In this document: positions 1 through 9,183 of the stretch, piece after piece
Layout of the letters: each line of letters begins with the position of its first letter
How positions within the stretch are numbered: position 1 is the first letter of the stretch
Assembly: GCA_028865345.1 (NCBI GenBank)
Contig: JAGWKL010000002.1
Coordinates: 665-64,664, forward strand
DNA length: 64,000 nucleotides
Source of the DNA: Candidatus Omnitrophota bacterium
Lineage (GTDB): Bacteria > Omnitrophota > Gorgyraeia > Zapsychrales > Fredricksoniimonadaceae
Direction of reading: 5' to 3'
The notes under the pieces: generated by a model
What the model was told of the DNA's origin: nothing
Seen by the model: only the letters and a program-made list of their open reading frames with translations
The model's database searches: none
Made by a program: the position numbers and the translations under genes

Positions 1-1359
1 TTTTCTATCAAAATAAGTGAAAACAAAAACCCACTAATTAAAAATGTCTTGCTGATATCCTTCGCCTTAGATCTTCTTATTTTGCCATTCACTCCAACAA
101 AATTTTACATACCCAGCATGGCGCCTAAATTGGTATTTCAATTTTGGCCTGTGACTGGCCCCCTCTTATATTATTCAATGATCCAATTTGTCATTGCGGT
201 CCCCTTAGCTTTCTTTTTACTTCAGACTAAATTAAACAAATCCACAGGAACATCAAAAAGAAATTTTCAAATTCTTTTCTATTCTTTATTAATAGGGTTC
301 TTAGGAGGAACCACCGATTACTTTCCTTGTATTAATATACCAATAGCACCGTATGGAAATGCCTTAGTGCCGATTTTTATTTTTGGATTTTTGTATTTAA
401 TTTTCAAACATCAAATAATGGATATTCACATAAGCCTTTCAAGAAGTTTTGTTTACACCATTCTTATATTCTTAATCACTCTTCTATATTTTTTAGTAAC
501 ATATCTAATAAACACCTATCTGAATTTAATTGGTTATCAATCATTTATTTTCTCACTTTTAGCTGCTTCAATTACTGCATTGACTTTTATCCCGCTAAAA
601 GATATTCTTCAGATGTTTATAGATAAACATTTTCTTAAAAAATCTATTAAAGAAATAGAAGAAGAAAATGAATTACTTAAGCAAGAAGTGATGCAATCTG
701 ATCGTATGAAATCCATCGCGATCTTAGCCAGCGGAATGGCTCATGAAATAAAAAACCCTCTGACACCCATTAAAACCTTCAGCGAGCTTCTCCCCTCAAA
801 GCTCGAAGACAAAGAATTCTTGCTCAAATTTTCAAAAATTATAGGCAAAGAAGTTGACCGGATCGATGGATTAGTTCAAGAGCTGCTTAGCTTTGCCAAA
901 CCAAGCGTGCCCCAATTGAAATCAACTAATATCTGCCAACTCATCGAACAAACCCTGGAATTCCTGAATAATGAAATCATCCGCCACAAAATCGTCCTAA
1001 ATACTTTTTTTGAAAACAAAATCATACTTATTGATCTTGACCCTCACCTAATAAAACAAGCTCTTTTAAACATTTTCCTAAACGCCATTGATGCCATGCC
1101 AAATGGCGGCACTCTTAGCGTCATTGCGAGGAACGAAACTACAAAGCAATCTTTTATCATCGAAATCTCCGACACCGGTTGCGGGATTTCACCTAAGGAT
1201 CTGTCTCACATTTTTGATCCGTTCTTCACAAAGAAAGACCACGGCACAGGTTTAGGCCTGTCCATAACCGAGGGGATAATCAAGAATCACAATGGAAAAA
1301 TATTAGTGAAAAGCGAATTGAATAAGGGGACTTCTTTTAGGATTGAACTTCCGGTTTAA
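1..1359 (+). CDS. Membrane sensor histidine kinase, 5' partial. The multi-TM N-terminal domain probably continues upstream of the window.
   Basis: The reading frame is open all the way back to position 1; the ORF track starts it at a TTG (position 49). Hydrophobic helices are followed by a coiled coil, then a HisKA-type H-box (ASGMAHEIKNPLTPI) and HATPase_c G-boxes (DTGCGISP, GTGLGLSI). Confidence 0.8.
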   Translation, partial: FSIKISENKNPLIKNVLLISFALDLLILPFTPTKFYIPSMAPKLVFQFWPVTGPLLYYSMIQFVIAVPLAFFLLQTKLNKSTGTSKRNFQILFYSLLIGFLGGTTDYFPCINIPIAPYGNALVPIFIFGFLYLIFKHQIMDIHISLSRSFVYTILIFLITLLYFLVTYLINTYLNLIGYQSFIFSLLAASITALTFIPLKDILQMFIDKHFLKKSIKEIEEENELLKQEVMQSDRMKSIAILASGMAHEIKNPLTPIKTFSELLPSKLEDKEFLLKFSKIIGKEVDRIDGLVQELLSFAKPSVPQLKSTNICQLIEQTLEFLNNEIIRHKIVLNTFFENKIILIDLDPHLIKQALLNIFLNAIDAMPNGGTLSVIARNETTKQSFIIEISDTGCGISPKDLSHIFDPFFTKKDHGTGLGLSITEGIIKNHNGKILVKSELNKGTSFRIELPV

Positions 1360-2543
1360 ATCTCGCCTTTATTATAAAGCTCGACCAAGGCCTCCACGGG
1401 CTTGTGATGGAATTGCTTATTAACACACTGTTGTATTTCTATAATGGCCTCGTCCTTGCTTAATCCTTTACGGTAAGGCCTGTCCGTTGTCATGGCATCA
1501 AAGGTATCGGCCACGGCAATGATCGCTGCGATCATGGGGATATCTTCCCCTTTCAACCCATCCGGATAGCCTTGCCCGTCGTAGCGTTCATGATGGTATT
1601 GAACACCATTTATGACCTCTTCAAAACCGGTCAATGAAGAAAGGATCTCGGCCCCGCGGGTGGTATGGCTTTTCATGATCTCATATTCTTCGGCCGTTAA
1701 TTTGTCCTGCTTGGATAAAATGGCCTCAGGTACGCCGATCTTTCCGATATCATGCAAAAGCCCGGAAATATACAAGTTTTCGAAAAACTTATAAGGAAAA
1801 ACATAAGACTTGGCCGCCTCCATTCGGCGGCCTATGGCCAAAGCATATTTGGTGACACGTTCCGTATGACCGTGTGTGTAGATGTCCTTGGCTTCAATGG
1901 CTGACCCTAAGGCAATGGTTGTCTGGATAAACAAATTGCGGTTACGTTCCGCTTCTTTCTTAAGACCCTCAAATAATTGGGCATTGCGGATGGCAATGGC
2001 CACATCGGAGGCCAAAGCTGAAAAGAAATTCAATTCTTCCTGATCGAAACGGGCACCGTCCTGCTTTTCTCCGAGCAACAAAATAGCCATCAGCATATGC
2101 TGGTAATAAGCAGGCACGCAGGCCACGGCATTGAGCTTGGGTAATTGTTCACTGACATTGTGCAAAAGCTGCTTGGTGCCGTTGCCGTTGGAAATGACGC
2201 TTTCTTTCCAGAGAAGCTTATTAATGTCTTCAGCGACGATGGCATTGCGGTTTTCAAAGATATATTTATATTCTTTCTGGATAAAAAGTTTTATCAAAGG
2301 ATTGGTCTTGTTGAAGCGGATCAAGCCCTCGGGAATGCGTTCGCCTATACCTCCTCGGGAAATAGACAAAACATAGGAATCCCTGTCCGGATTATAAAGG
2401 ATCATGCCGGCATGCTGGATACGGACTTTTTGGACAAGGGAGCGGACAATGAGCTTGATCAATAAGCGGTGGTCATGGATCAAAACCATGCCTTTAGAGG
2501 CGGATTCCAATTCTCGCTTATAATCAATCTTGGTGGGAGGCAT
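1356..2543 (-). CDS. GAF domain plus HD-GYP domain protein; predicted c-di-GMP phosphodiesterase.
   Basis: An N-terminal GAF-like region precedes an HD-GYP domain with the motifs HDIGKIGVP, HTTRGAEIL and YHHERYDGQGYP. Its stop overlaps the stop of the convergent kinase by 4 nt. Confidence 0.85.
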   Translation of the reverse strand: MPPTKIDYKRELESASKGMVLIHDHRLLIKLIVRSLVQKVRIQHAGMILYNPDRDSYVLSISRGGIGERIPEGLIRFNKTNPLIKLFIQKEYKYIFENRNAIVAEDINKLLWKESVISNGNGTKQLLHNVSEQLPKLNAVACVPAYYQHMLMAILLLGEKQDGARFDQEELNFFSALASDVAIAIRNAQLFEGLKKEAERNRNLFIQTTIALGSAIEAKDIYTHGHTERVTKYALAIGRRMEAAKSYVFPYKFFENLYISGLLHDIGKIGVPEAILSKQDKLTAEEYEIMKSHTTRGAEILSSLTGFEEVINGVQYHHERYDGQGYPDGLKGEDIPMIAAIIAVADTFDAMTTDRPYRKGLSKDEAIIEIQQCVNKQFHHKPVEALVELYNKGEI

Positions 2544-2544
2544 C

Positions 2545-2904
2545 TTAACTGTTTAACTGTGCCAGGACTATCTTTTCAAGCTCTTCGAGAATGAAAGGCT
2601 TATGAATATACCCAAGAACGCCCAAAGCGTTGGCTTCTTTTATAGTTTCCTCATCCTCAACACCGGAAACCATGACGACTTTGACATTTAAATTGGCCTG
2701 GCGGAGCTGGCGCAAAACCTCAATACCTGTGATCTCTTCCATCCTGACATCAAGCAACACCAGATCGGGCTTCTCTTGTGAAATAATCTCCAAAGCCTGA
2801 CGGCCTCCGGATGCCACAAAAACATCGATTTTGCGTTTTTTAAAAAAATTCCGCGCAAATTCCCGGATGTCGGATTCATCATCAACGATCAATAATTTTG
2901 CCAT
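2545..2904 (-). CDS. Stand-alone response regulator receiver (CheY-like) domain protein.
   Basis: 119 aa protein starting LLIVDDE, with a phospho-acceptor Asp in LLDVRM and a conserved Lys near the C-terminus. It lies 2 nt upstream of the HD-GYP gene. Confidence 0.85.
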   Translation of the reverse strand: MAKLLIVDDESDIREFARNFFKKRKIDVFVASGGRQALEIISQEKPDLVLLDVRMEEITGIEVLRQLRQANLNVKVVMVSGVEDEETIKEANALGVLGYIHKPFILEELEKIVLAQLNS

Positions 2905-2926
2905 AATATAAGTTTATCCTAAAACC

Positions 2927-5086
2927 CTACCCTATAGCAATAGGCAAACGCAATTTCATCTGCGTGCCGTGCATATACTTGGAAACCATCTCCACCCTAC
3001 CGCCGTGATTTTCTTCGATTATTTTTCTGATCACATAAAGCCCCAAACCGGTGCCTTTTTTGCTGGAAAGCTTTGTTGTAAAGAACGGAGTAAACATTTT
3101 ACTCATGTCTTCATCTTTAACACCGACACCATTGTCTTCAAAAATGATCTCTACATACCCATCTTCTTTAAAAACCCGCACAATCAAGGTCGGCTGATAA
3201 TCCGGCTCACGTCTCTCGTCTTTTCTTTGCATCATCGCATCATAACCATTATCAATGAGATTAAAAAACACTTCCTGCACCTGCGTAAAATTAGCTTTTA
3301 TTTTTGGAATGGTCGCAACATCATATTCACGGATTATTTTCAACTGCTGCGTTTTGATCTTAAACTGTGTCATTTCCAAGGCGGCTTTAAATACCGCGTC
3401 TACATCAACAGCCGCAAAGCCGGTCTCTCCCTTGCGGGTATATTTCAAAAGCCCCTGAACGATTTCTCCGCCCTGCGTAACATTTTCCTGGACGCGTACA
3501 AGCGCACGCTCCAATTCCGCCATAACTTCTTTTGACTTTTCTGAGGACAACGCCTCTTTTTGATTCAAATGGATCGTATCCAAAGCATCACCGGCAATAA
3601 AACCCAACGCATGAAAACGGTTGTTGATCTGATGCGACAGCCCGTCAGCCATGGTGCCGATGGTGGCCATCTTTTCAGCCTTAAACAACTGCTCTTGGGT
3701 CAATTTCATGTCTTCATAAAACTTAGCATTCTCGATGGCAAGGGCGGTTTGATTGGCCAAAATTCCAAAAACAGAAATATCGTCCTGGGTATAAATTTTC
3801 CCGGATTCTTTTTTGCCCATTACTATGATGGCTATAATGCTACCTTCAATAAAAATGGGCGCAATCAATTCACCATCGAGAGAAGAAATGTCCTCTTCTA
3901 CTTGCCCTAATGTTAAACCCTTAAAGTCTTGGGACTTCTGCTTAAATTCTTCATAAATAACCAAATTCTTATCATCTAACAAATATCGTATTAAAGAAGA
4001 GTTTTCCGAAATTTTATCAAGAAACTGTTTATGACCAGACTTCCTTTTTATTGCACCCAGAAAATACTGTTTCTTTTCTTTATCATGAATATAAATCGAT
4101 GCGTGTTCAATTTGTATGGCATGTGTCAACACATATACAATCATATTTAACAACTTTTTTAAATCCTTTATTTTACCCATTCCAGCAGATGCTTGGCGTA
4201 AAGTAGCCTGATAACGACGCTGTTCTTGTAACAATTTGTCTTCGGCTTGTTTTTGTACATAAAGATAAATAAATGGGCCTAATGTTGCAAATAATGCCAT
4301 TAAGCCTATGGGCAACAACCAAGCCCCTTTCCCCAAAAACTTAAAACCTATCCATACAGGAATACCTAAAACAAAAGAATAAACAGCAATAAAAATAGCT
4401 GTATTGGATATAGCCACTCGTATATCCATAAGCCTATAACGAACAATGGCATAAGCAGAAATTGTTAAAGATATCAAAATCGCCACTACACCTAGTGGAT
4501 AAAAAGAGAAACCATAATTAACAAAAAAATCAGTAGACGCCAAACAATAAACAAAAAATGCGATTAACAAGAATGTAAGTTGACTTCCCAAAACTCCTTG
4601 CCATCTAATAAGAAAGCCTTTTTGTAAAAGCTGAAAAAAACACATTCCCATAAGCGTAAAAAGATATAATAAGAATAAAGGGTGTAAAATTCCAGCCTTT
4701 GGATAGTACCCCCAATAAAAATGATTTACTCCATTAATTAACAAATTGGTGGGAAGTAATATTATAAAAAAAAGACTCACAAAATAAGCCTTTTTAGTAA
4801 GACGCCAAAAATTTCGCGAATCAACAAAAGCTGTAAAATAATGTAAATAAGTAGCAGGTATCAACACTATTCCAATATGCCCAATCCTAGCAATATTCTT
4901 TGCTAATTCTAAATTGTTAGTATTGAATAAAAAGAACCAACTAAATTGCCACCAAAATGTAACAACTGAATTAAATAAAAAACCTAGGCGGATAGACCGA
5001 TTTCCCTTGCTTTTCAAATAAACAAAGGAACCAAGCAATAAGAAGAGAATAGCAGAAATTAAAGGAAGGAGAGAATATCTACTCAA
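2927..5086 (-). CDS. Sensor histidine kinase with a roughly 280 aa multi-TM (7TM-receptor-like) N-terminal domain, a GAF domain, HisKA and HATPase_c.
   Basis: About seven predicted TM helices are followed by a GAF-like segment, an H-box (MADGLSHQINN) and N, G1 and G2 boxes (IDNGYDAM, GTGLGLYVIRKIIEENHGG). Confidence 0.85.
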   Translation of the reverse strand: MSRYSLLPLISAILFLLLGSFVYLKSKGNRSIRLGFLFNSVVTFWWQFSWFFLFNTNNLELAKNIARIGHIGIVLIPATYLHYFTAFVDSRNFWRLTKKAYFVSLFFIILLPTNLLINGVNHFYWGYYPKAGILHPLFLLYLFTLMGMCFFQLLQKGFLIRWQGVLGSQLTFLLIAFFVYCLASTDFFVNYGFSFYPLGVVAILISLTISAYAIVRYRLMDIRVAISNTAIFIAVYSFVLGIPVWIGFKFLGKGAWLLPIGLMALFATLGPFIYLYVQKQAEDKLLQEQRRYQATLRQASAGMGKIKDLKKLLNMIVYVLTHAIQIEHASIYIHDKEKKQYFLGAIKRKSGHKQFLDKISENSSLIRYLLDDKNLVIYEEFKQKSQDFKGLTLGQVEEDISSLDGELIAPIFIEGSIIAIIVMGKKESGKIYTQDDISVFGILANQTALAIENAKFYEDMKLTQEQLFKAEKMATIGTMADGLSHQINNRFHALGFIAGDALDTIHLNQKEALSSEKSKEVMAELERALVRVQENVTQGGEIVQGLLKYTRKGETGFAAVDVDAVFKAALEMTQFKIKTQQLKIIREYDVATIPKIKANFTQVQEVFFNLIDNGYDAMMQRKDERREPDYQPTLIVRVFKEDGYVEIIFEDNGVGVKDEDMSKMFTPFFTTKLSSKKGTGLGLYVIRKIIEENHGGRVEMVSKYMHGTQMKLRLPIAIG

Positions 5087-5492
5087 AGTAAATATGATTA
5101 GTAATAACCTTTTTGATCCCTTCAGGGAGCCGAAGAATTGACCCCTTATTATTCACAAAAATAAGTGTTTCGCCTCCAATACTAACAACTTCACCTGATT
5201 GTTTATTAAGATAAATAAACATCATTTCGAAACTGGATTTCTTTATATTACGGTTTTGTACTCTTAGTAAAATACGATCAAACGCATGAATCTGTTTTTT
5301 ATATTCATTCCAGGCATGTTTTGTGACCAAAGTTATATTATTAAATATTTCTTGATAATTTTCTACAGTAGTAAAATAGAGCTCTCTGCATATCCCCTGC
5401 CACTCGAAATATCGAGAAAAATAGACAGTCCCGTACATATTAATATCTTTTAAAGTAACAATAAATTCATACTCAAATGCGTCCTGATTCAT
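5079..5492 (-). CDS. Hotdog-fold (4HBT-like) acyl thioesterase.
   Basis: 137 aa protein. The YGTVYFSRYFEWQ signature near the N-terminus is typical of 4HBT/YbgC/FcoT thioesterases. It is translationally coupled to the upstream ACP by a 4 nt overlap. Confidence 0.55.
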   Translation of the reverse strand: MNQDAFEYEFIVTLKDINMYGTVYFSRYFEWQGICRELYFTTVENYQEIFNNITLVTKHAWNEYKKQIHAFDRILLRVQNRNIKKSSFEMMFIYLNKQSGEVVSIGGETLIFVNNKGSILRLPEGIKKVITNHIYFE

Positions 5493-5719
5493 AGATTCTT
5501 TGAATTAAGATAATTAATTACATCTTTAACTGTTTTTAATCTTCCAATTTCTTCTTCGCCTATTTTTATATTAAATTTATCTTCAATATTTAATACTAAT
5601 TCAACAATATCCAATGAATCTGCTCCTAAATCTTCAAATTTTGAGCAGTCCTTTAAATCTTCCCTTTTAACTCCTAGAGTGTCAGCTATTATAGTCTTTA
5701 CTATATCTATATTAGTCAT
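5489..5719 (-). CDS. Acyl carrier protein.
   Basis: 76 aa acidic protein with the phosphopantetheine attachment motif DLGADSLDIVELV. Confidence 0.85.
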   Translation of the reverse strand: MTNIDIVKTIIADTLGVKREDLKDCSKFEDLGADSLDIVELVLNIEDKFNIKIGEEEIGRLKTVKDVINYLNSKNL

Positions 5720-5739
5720 ACCCCTCTAAAATAATATTT

Positions 5740-7014
5740 TCAGAACTTATACGTCAAACTCACCAACCCGATATTTATAAACTCACTATATTTCCCATCC
5801 ACCGTACCGGCGCTGCCGGCCGTCGACTTGGCAACTGAGTTGATAATGTTCCGTGTATCATAAAAAAGGATTGAATAGGCCACATCAAGTGTCAGGCGTT
5901 TAGTGATATCATAACCAAAACCTGTGGTATAACCGTTGGAATTGCTGTCCGGTATCCTCGGGTTAAAGGTGGCATCTGGGATAACCATTTCATGATGGTA
6001 ATAACCTAACCTTACACGAAAACGATCGTTGACATTATATTGGGTACCGATGGATTCAGACCATGCGGAATGCCAATCTGCGGGGGTGGGAGCAGCGAAA
6101 CCTAAAGTATTAAGGGTTGCACTGCCGTTGATGTTGATCGTCTGGTATTTCGTGCTGGACCAATCCACCCATGCCACATCAAGGTTAACCGTCCATTTCT
6201 TTGTAGGTTTGAAGCTATATCCTGCCACCACACTTTGAGGTAAAACCGACTTCTCGCTAACATTAGACACATAGGATGAAAAACCATAAGCAGTGGGATT
6301 AGCCCCGTTAATGCTCATTTTCCCCCGGTAATTGTGATTGATACGGCTGCGGTAGATCAAACCGATTTGATTTTTGTCATTGATTTTATACAGGGTCGCT
6401 ATACGGTATCCCCAAGCATCATCACCACCTTTAAGCTCGGCAATACCGATTGATCCGCCGTAACCATTAAGCGCAAAACTTTCATCCGCCTTTGATTCAT
6501 CGTTGTCCACGCTTGCGGCTATGGACCATTGCGGGGTCACTTGATACGAAAACGCCAGGGAATTATCAATGTCTGTAATGCTGGCCTGGGTTGTTGCATA
6601 CTCCAAAGGACTGTTAGGCCCCCAATTAGTGGCAGTGCCCCAATAAGAACCTGAACCAAAACCAATGCTTAATTTATTATTGACAGGCAAAACAGCGTAA
6701 AAATTGGGAATATTGAATTCATTGTTTTGCATGTGCACAGTATTTCCGTTTGGCTGTACCATATGGCCTCTGGGCGCAATAAGAGCATCTCCTACGGAAA
6801 TTTCCGGCCTGGTCATTTGATTCATACCGGCTGGGTTGTAGTACATGGCCGCAGGCGTATCCGCTTCACCGACAAAAGCCGAACCCATACCCATTGCACC
6901 AGCGTCGGGAACCTCTATATTATAGGCCCCGGAACCTGTAGCAAACGCACTCTGTCCCCAGGAAGTCATCAAAAACGCACAAAAAACGATGATGAATATA
7001 CGGAATAATGACAT
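5740..7014 (-). CDS. FadL/TodX-family outer-membrane beta-barrel protein, a channel for long-chain fatty acids or other hydrophobic compounds.
   Basis: It has a signal peptide and the N-terminal GAMGMGSAFVGEADTPAAMYYNPAG region typical of the FadL hatch domain. The amphipathic beta-strand pattern and the C-terminal YKF aromatic end are typical of OMP barrels. Confidence 0.65.
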   Translation of the reverse strand: MSLFRIFIIVFCAFLMTSWGQSAFATGSGAYNIEVPDAGAMGMGSAFVGEADTPAAMYYNPAGMNQMTRPEISVGDALIAPRGHMVQPNGNTVHMQNNEFNIPNFYAVLPVNNKLSIGFGSGSYWGTATNWGPNSPLEYATTQASITDIDNSLAFSYQVTPQWSIAASVDNDESKADESFALNGYGGSIGIAELKGGDDAWGYRIATLYKINDKNQIGLIYRSRINHNYRGKMSINGANPTAYGFSSYVSNVSEKSVLPQSVVAGYSFKPTKKWTVNLDVAWVDWSSTKYQTININGSATLNTLGFAAPTPADWHSAWSESIGTQYNVNDRFRVRLGYYHHEMVIPDATFNPRIPDSNSNGYTTGFGYDITKRLTLDVAYSILFYDTRNIINSVAKSTAGSAGTVDGKYSEFINIGLVSLTYKF

Positions 7015-7153
7015 TTTATCCCTCCATTATTAAAGGGTTTACAATACCCGCATTTTGCGGAAACAACATAATATGGATGAACACATTGAAATTATACTTC
7101 GTCGAAGGCTCGACGGGAAGGGAAAACAGAAATATTTTTGATTAAAGCTCAAA

Positions 7154-7522
7154 TTATAGAATGGCCTCAAAAGCATTCTTCAGATGTTGAATTTGAGCCA
7201 ATCCTGTTTTGTCGCGGATGATGGAAACCACATCAAATCGTGAAGGAATTTCCAAAGACCCGTATTTGTATTTCAGATAAAGCGCGGCCAATTGGGAAAG
7301 CTTGCGGATTTTCCAGGAAGTCACGGCCTCATAAGGCTGGCCTTGATCCAGGCTTTGGCGGGTCTTGACTTCGATAAAACAAATGGTTTTACCATCTTTG
7401 GCGATTAAATCGATTTCGCCCAATTTGCTGCGGAAGTTTTCCTCCAATATGCGGTAGCCTTGGTCTAGCAAATATTGCCGGGCCAGGGACTCACCATAGA
7501 CTCCCAAGGTTTTATTGGACAT
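7154..7522 (-). CDS. yraN: YraN-family (UPF0102) predicted endonuclease.
   Basis: GESLARQYLLDQGYRILEENFR...GEIDLIAKDG..IFIEVKTR matches the UPF0102 signature. Confidence 0.8.
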   Translation of the reverse strand: MSNKTLGVYGESLARQYLLDQGYRILEENFRSKLGEIDLIAKDGKTICFIEVKTRQSLDQGQPYEAVTSWKIRKLSQLAALYLKYKYGSLEIPSRFDVVSIIRDKTGLAQIQHLKNAFEAIL

Positions 7523-7552
7523 GAAGGAAGCTTAACAAATATATGATTATTA

Positions 7553-7587
7553 GTCAACTATAATATTGACTTATAGTCAATATTAAC
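7553..7587. promoter_or_regulatory. AT-rich dyad symmetry element (TAATATTGAC-N5-GTCAATATTA) in the yraN/hemH intergenic region.
   Basis: I read a perfect 10 bp inverted repeat with a 5 bp spacer at 7561-7585, with a partial extra repeat (AGTCAACTATAA) at its 5' side. Confidence 0.3.
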
Positions 7588-7701
7588 CGCGCAACTGCCG
7601 AAGAGCATGCTGAAAAACAAGCCAATAGTAGAACATTAGAAGAAGAAGGACAAGGACAACGATGACACCGGACCAGGAGAATTTATTTTTCATAAGACGC
7701 T

Positions 7702-8724
7702 TTAAGGAGACGGCGTAACCATCTGTTTCAGACACTCAACCCATAGAGGATGAGCATTCAGACTTTCGACCAGCTGCCAATGCTCTCCCCCGTGTTCTAA
7801 AAAAAGTTTTTTATATTCTACACCTATTTCAACGCTGGTCTCAAGACAATCCGCCACAAAGGCCGGAGAAAAAGTCAGCACCTTTTTAATGCCGCGCCCT
7901 GCCAGTTGCTTGATGACCTCATCCGTGTACGGCTTGATCCACGGCGTCTTGCCCAACCGCGACTGGAAACAAATCGTATATTCATCTTTTTTGATCCCAA
8001 GCTCCTGGACTAACAGCCGTGTCGTCTCAAAACACTGGGCCCGGTAGCAATATTGATTTTTGCCGTGATAAGTCGCGCAACAATCCCCCAATTTGCAATA
8101 ATCGCCGCAAGACGCTTTGAGGATCTGGCGCTCAGGCAAACCGTGATAACTAAACAGATAATGGTCGAAATTTCCCTGCGCCATATATTTTTTACCGGTC
8201 TGGGCAAAAGCTTTGATAAAAAGCGGGTGGTCAAAAAACCGGCTGATGCATTTGATCTCAGGAACCACCTCCCAATGCTTTACAACATTCATGACATCCT
8301 CTATCGTTGAACCCGTCGAGGAAGAAGCATATTGCGGATACAAAGGAATGATGATCAATTGCTTGAAGCCCTTATTCTCGAAATGCGGCAAAACCGATTG
8401 AATACTCGGGGACTGATATCGCATGGCCAATTTCACCAGGAAATCCCCGCCCAGGGCCTGTTGTAAAAGCCCTTGCAGTTGTTGGCCGTAAACCTTCAGC
8501 GGAGAACCTTCGTTAGTCCACAATTGGCGATACGCTTTGGAGGATTCAGGCGCTCGAAACGGAGCAATGACAAAATTGACAAGTAAAAACCTGCGCCAAA
8601 AAGGGATGTCCATGACGCGCCCATCCATCAGGAACTCACGCAGATATTTACGCACGTCCCCCGTCGAAGGGCTGTCAGGAGTGCCTAAATTAATGATCAA
8701 TACGCCGGTTTTGGGGTTGGACAT
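7702..8724 (-). CDS. hemH: Ferrochelatase.
   Basis: The N-terminus KTGVLIINLGTPDSP and the YSYHGLPE-like core (LFSYHGLPERQ) are ferrochelatase signatures. I moved the start to MSNPKTG. There is an internal Cys-rich insert (CGDYCKLGDCC...CYRAQC). Confidence 0.85.
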   Translation of the reverse strand: MSNPKTGVLIINLGTPDSPSTGDVRKYLREFLMDGRVMDIPFWRRFLLVNFVIAPFRAPESSKAYRQLWTNEGSPLKVYGQQLQGLLQQALGGDFLVKLAMRYQSPSIQSVLPHFENKGFKQLIIIPLYPQYASSSTGSTIEDVMNVVKHWEVVPEIKCISRFFDHPLFIKAFAQTGKKYMAQGNFDHYLFSYHGLPERQILKASCGDYCKLGDCCATYHGKNQYCYRAQCFETTRLLVQELGIKKDEYTICFQSRLGKTPWIKPYTDEVIKQLAGRGIKKVLTFSPAFVADCLETSVEIGVEYKKLFLEHGGEHWQLVESLNAHPLWVECLKQMVTPSP

Positions 8725-8796
8725 GGCAGGCATTATACTGGAAAAAAGAGAAAGAGGACACATTAATGTGTCCCCTTTTCCCTTTTACATAAATGC

Positions 8797-9078
8797 TTAC
8801 TTACGGATCATGTCCAACGGCGACGTGACCATATCCAAGGATCCGTCGACAATTTGCTTGGCCATATAAAACGTGCCCTTAAGGACACCGCCGACCAACG
8901 CAAAGGGAAGGAACTTGGCATCTTTTGTCTCCGTCTTGACGTTGCCGCTGATCTGCAAAGGTGCGGTGATCACATCTTTAACGCCACCCTGAAACTTTGA
9001 CACAGTATCAGCAAAAGACGGTACGCTTAAACCCCACACCACTGCCAAAGCAATAAGAAAAGAGACCATGCGTTTCAT
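8797..9078 (-). CDS. Small secreted or periplasmic protein of unknown function.
   Basis: The signal peptide MKRMVSFLIALAVVWGLSVPSFA is followed by a roughly 70 aa mature domain. No motif is recognised. Confidence 0.4.
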   Translation of the reverse strand: MKRMVSFLIALAVVWGLSVPSFADTVSKFQGGVKDVITAPLQISGNVKTETKDAKFLPFALVGGVLKGTFYMAKQIVDGSLDMVTSPLDMIRK

Positions 9079-9183
9079 AAGGCACCTCCTTCTTAAGGGG
9101 CCAGACCGCACTCTCCCAATTCAAGTATGTCACATAAAAATCGGATATGTAAGTGCGAAAAGGCCTATCCCGGAAAACGGTTC

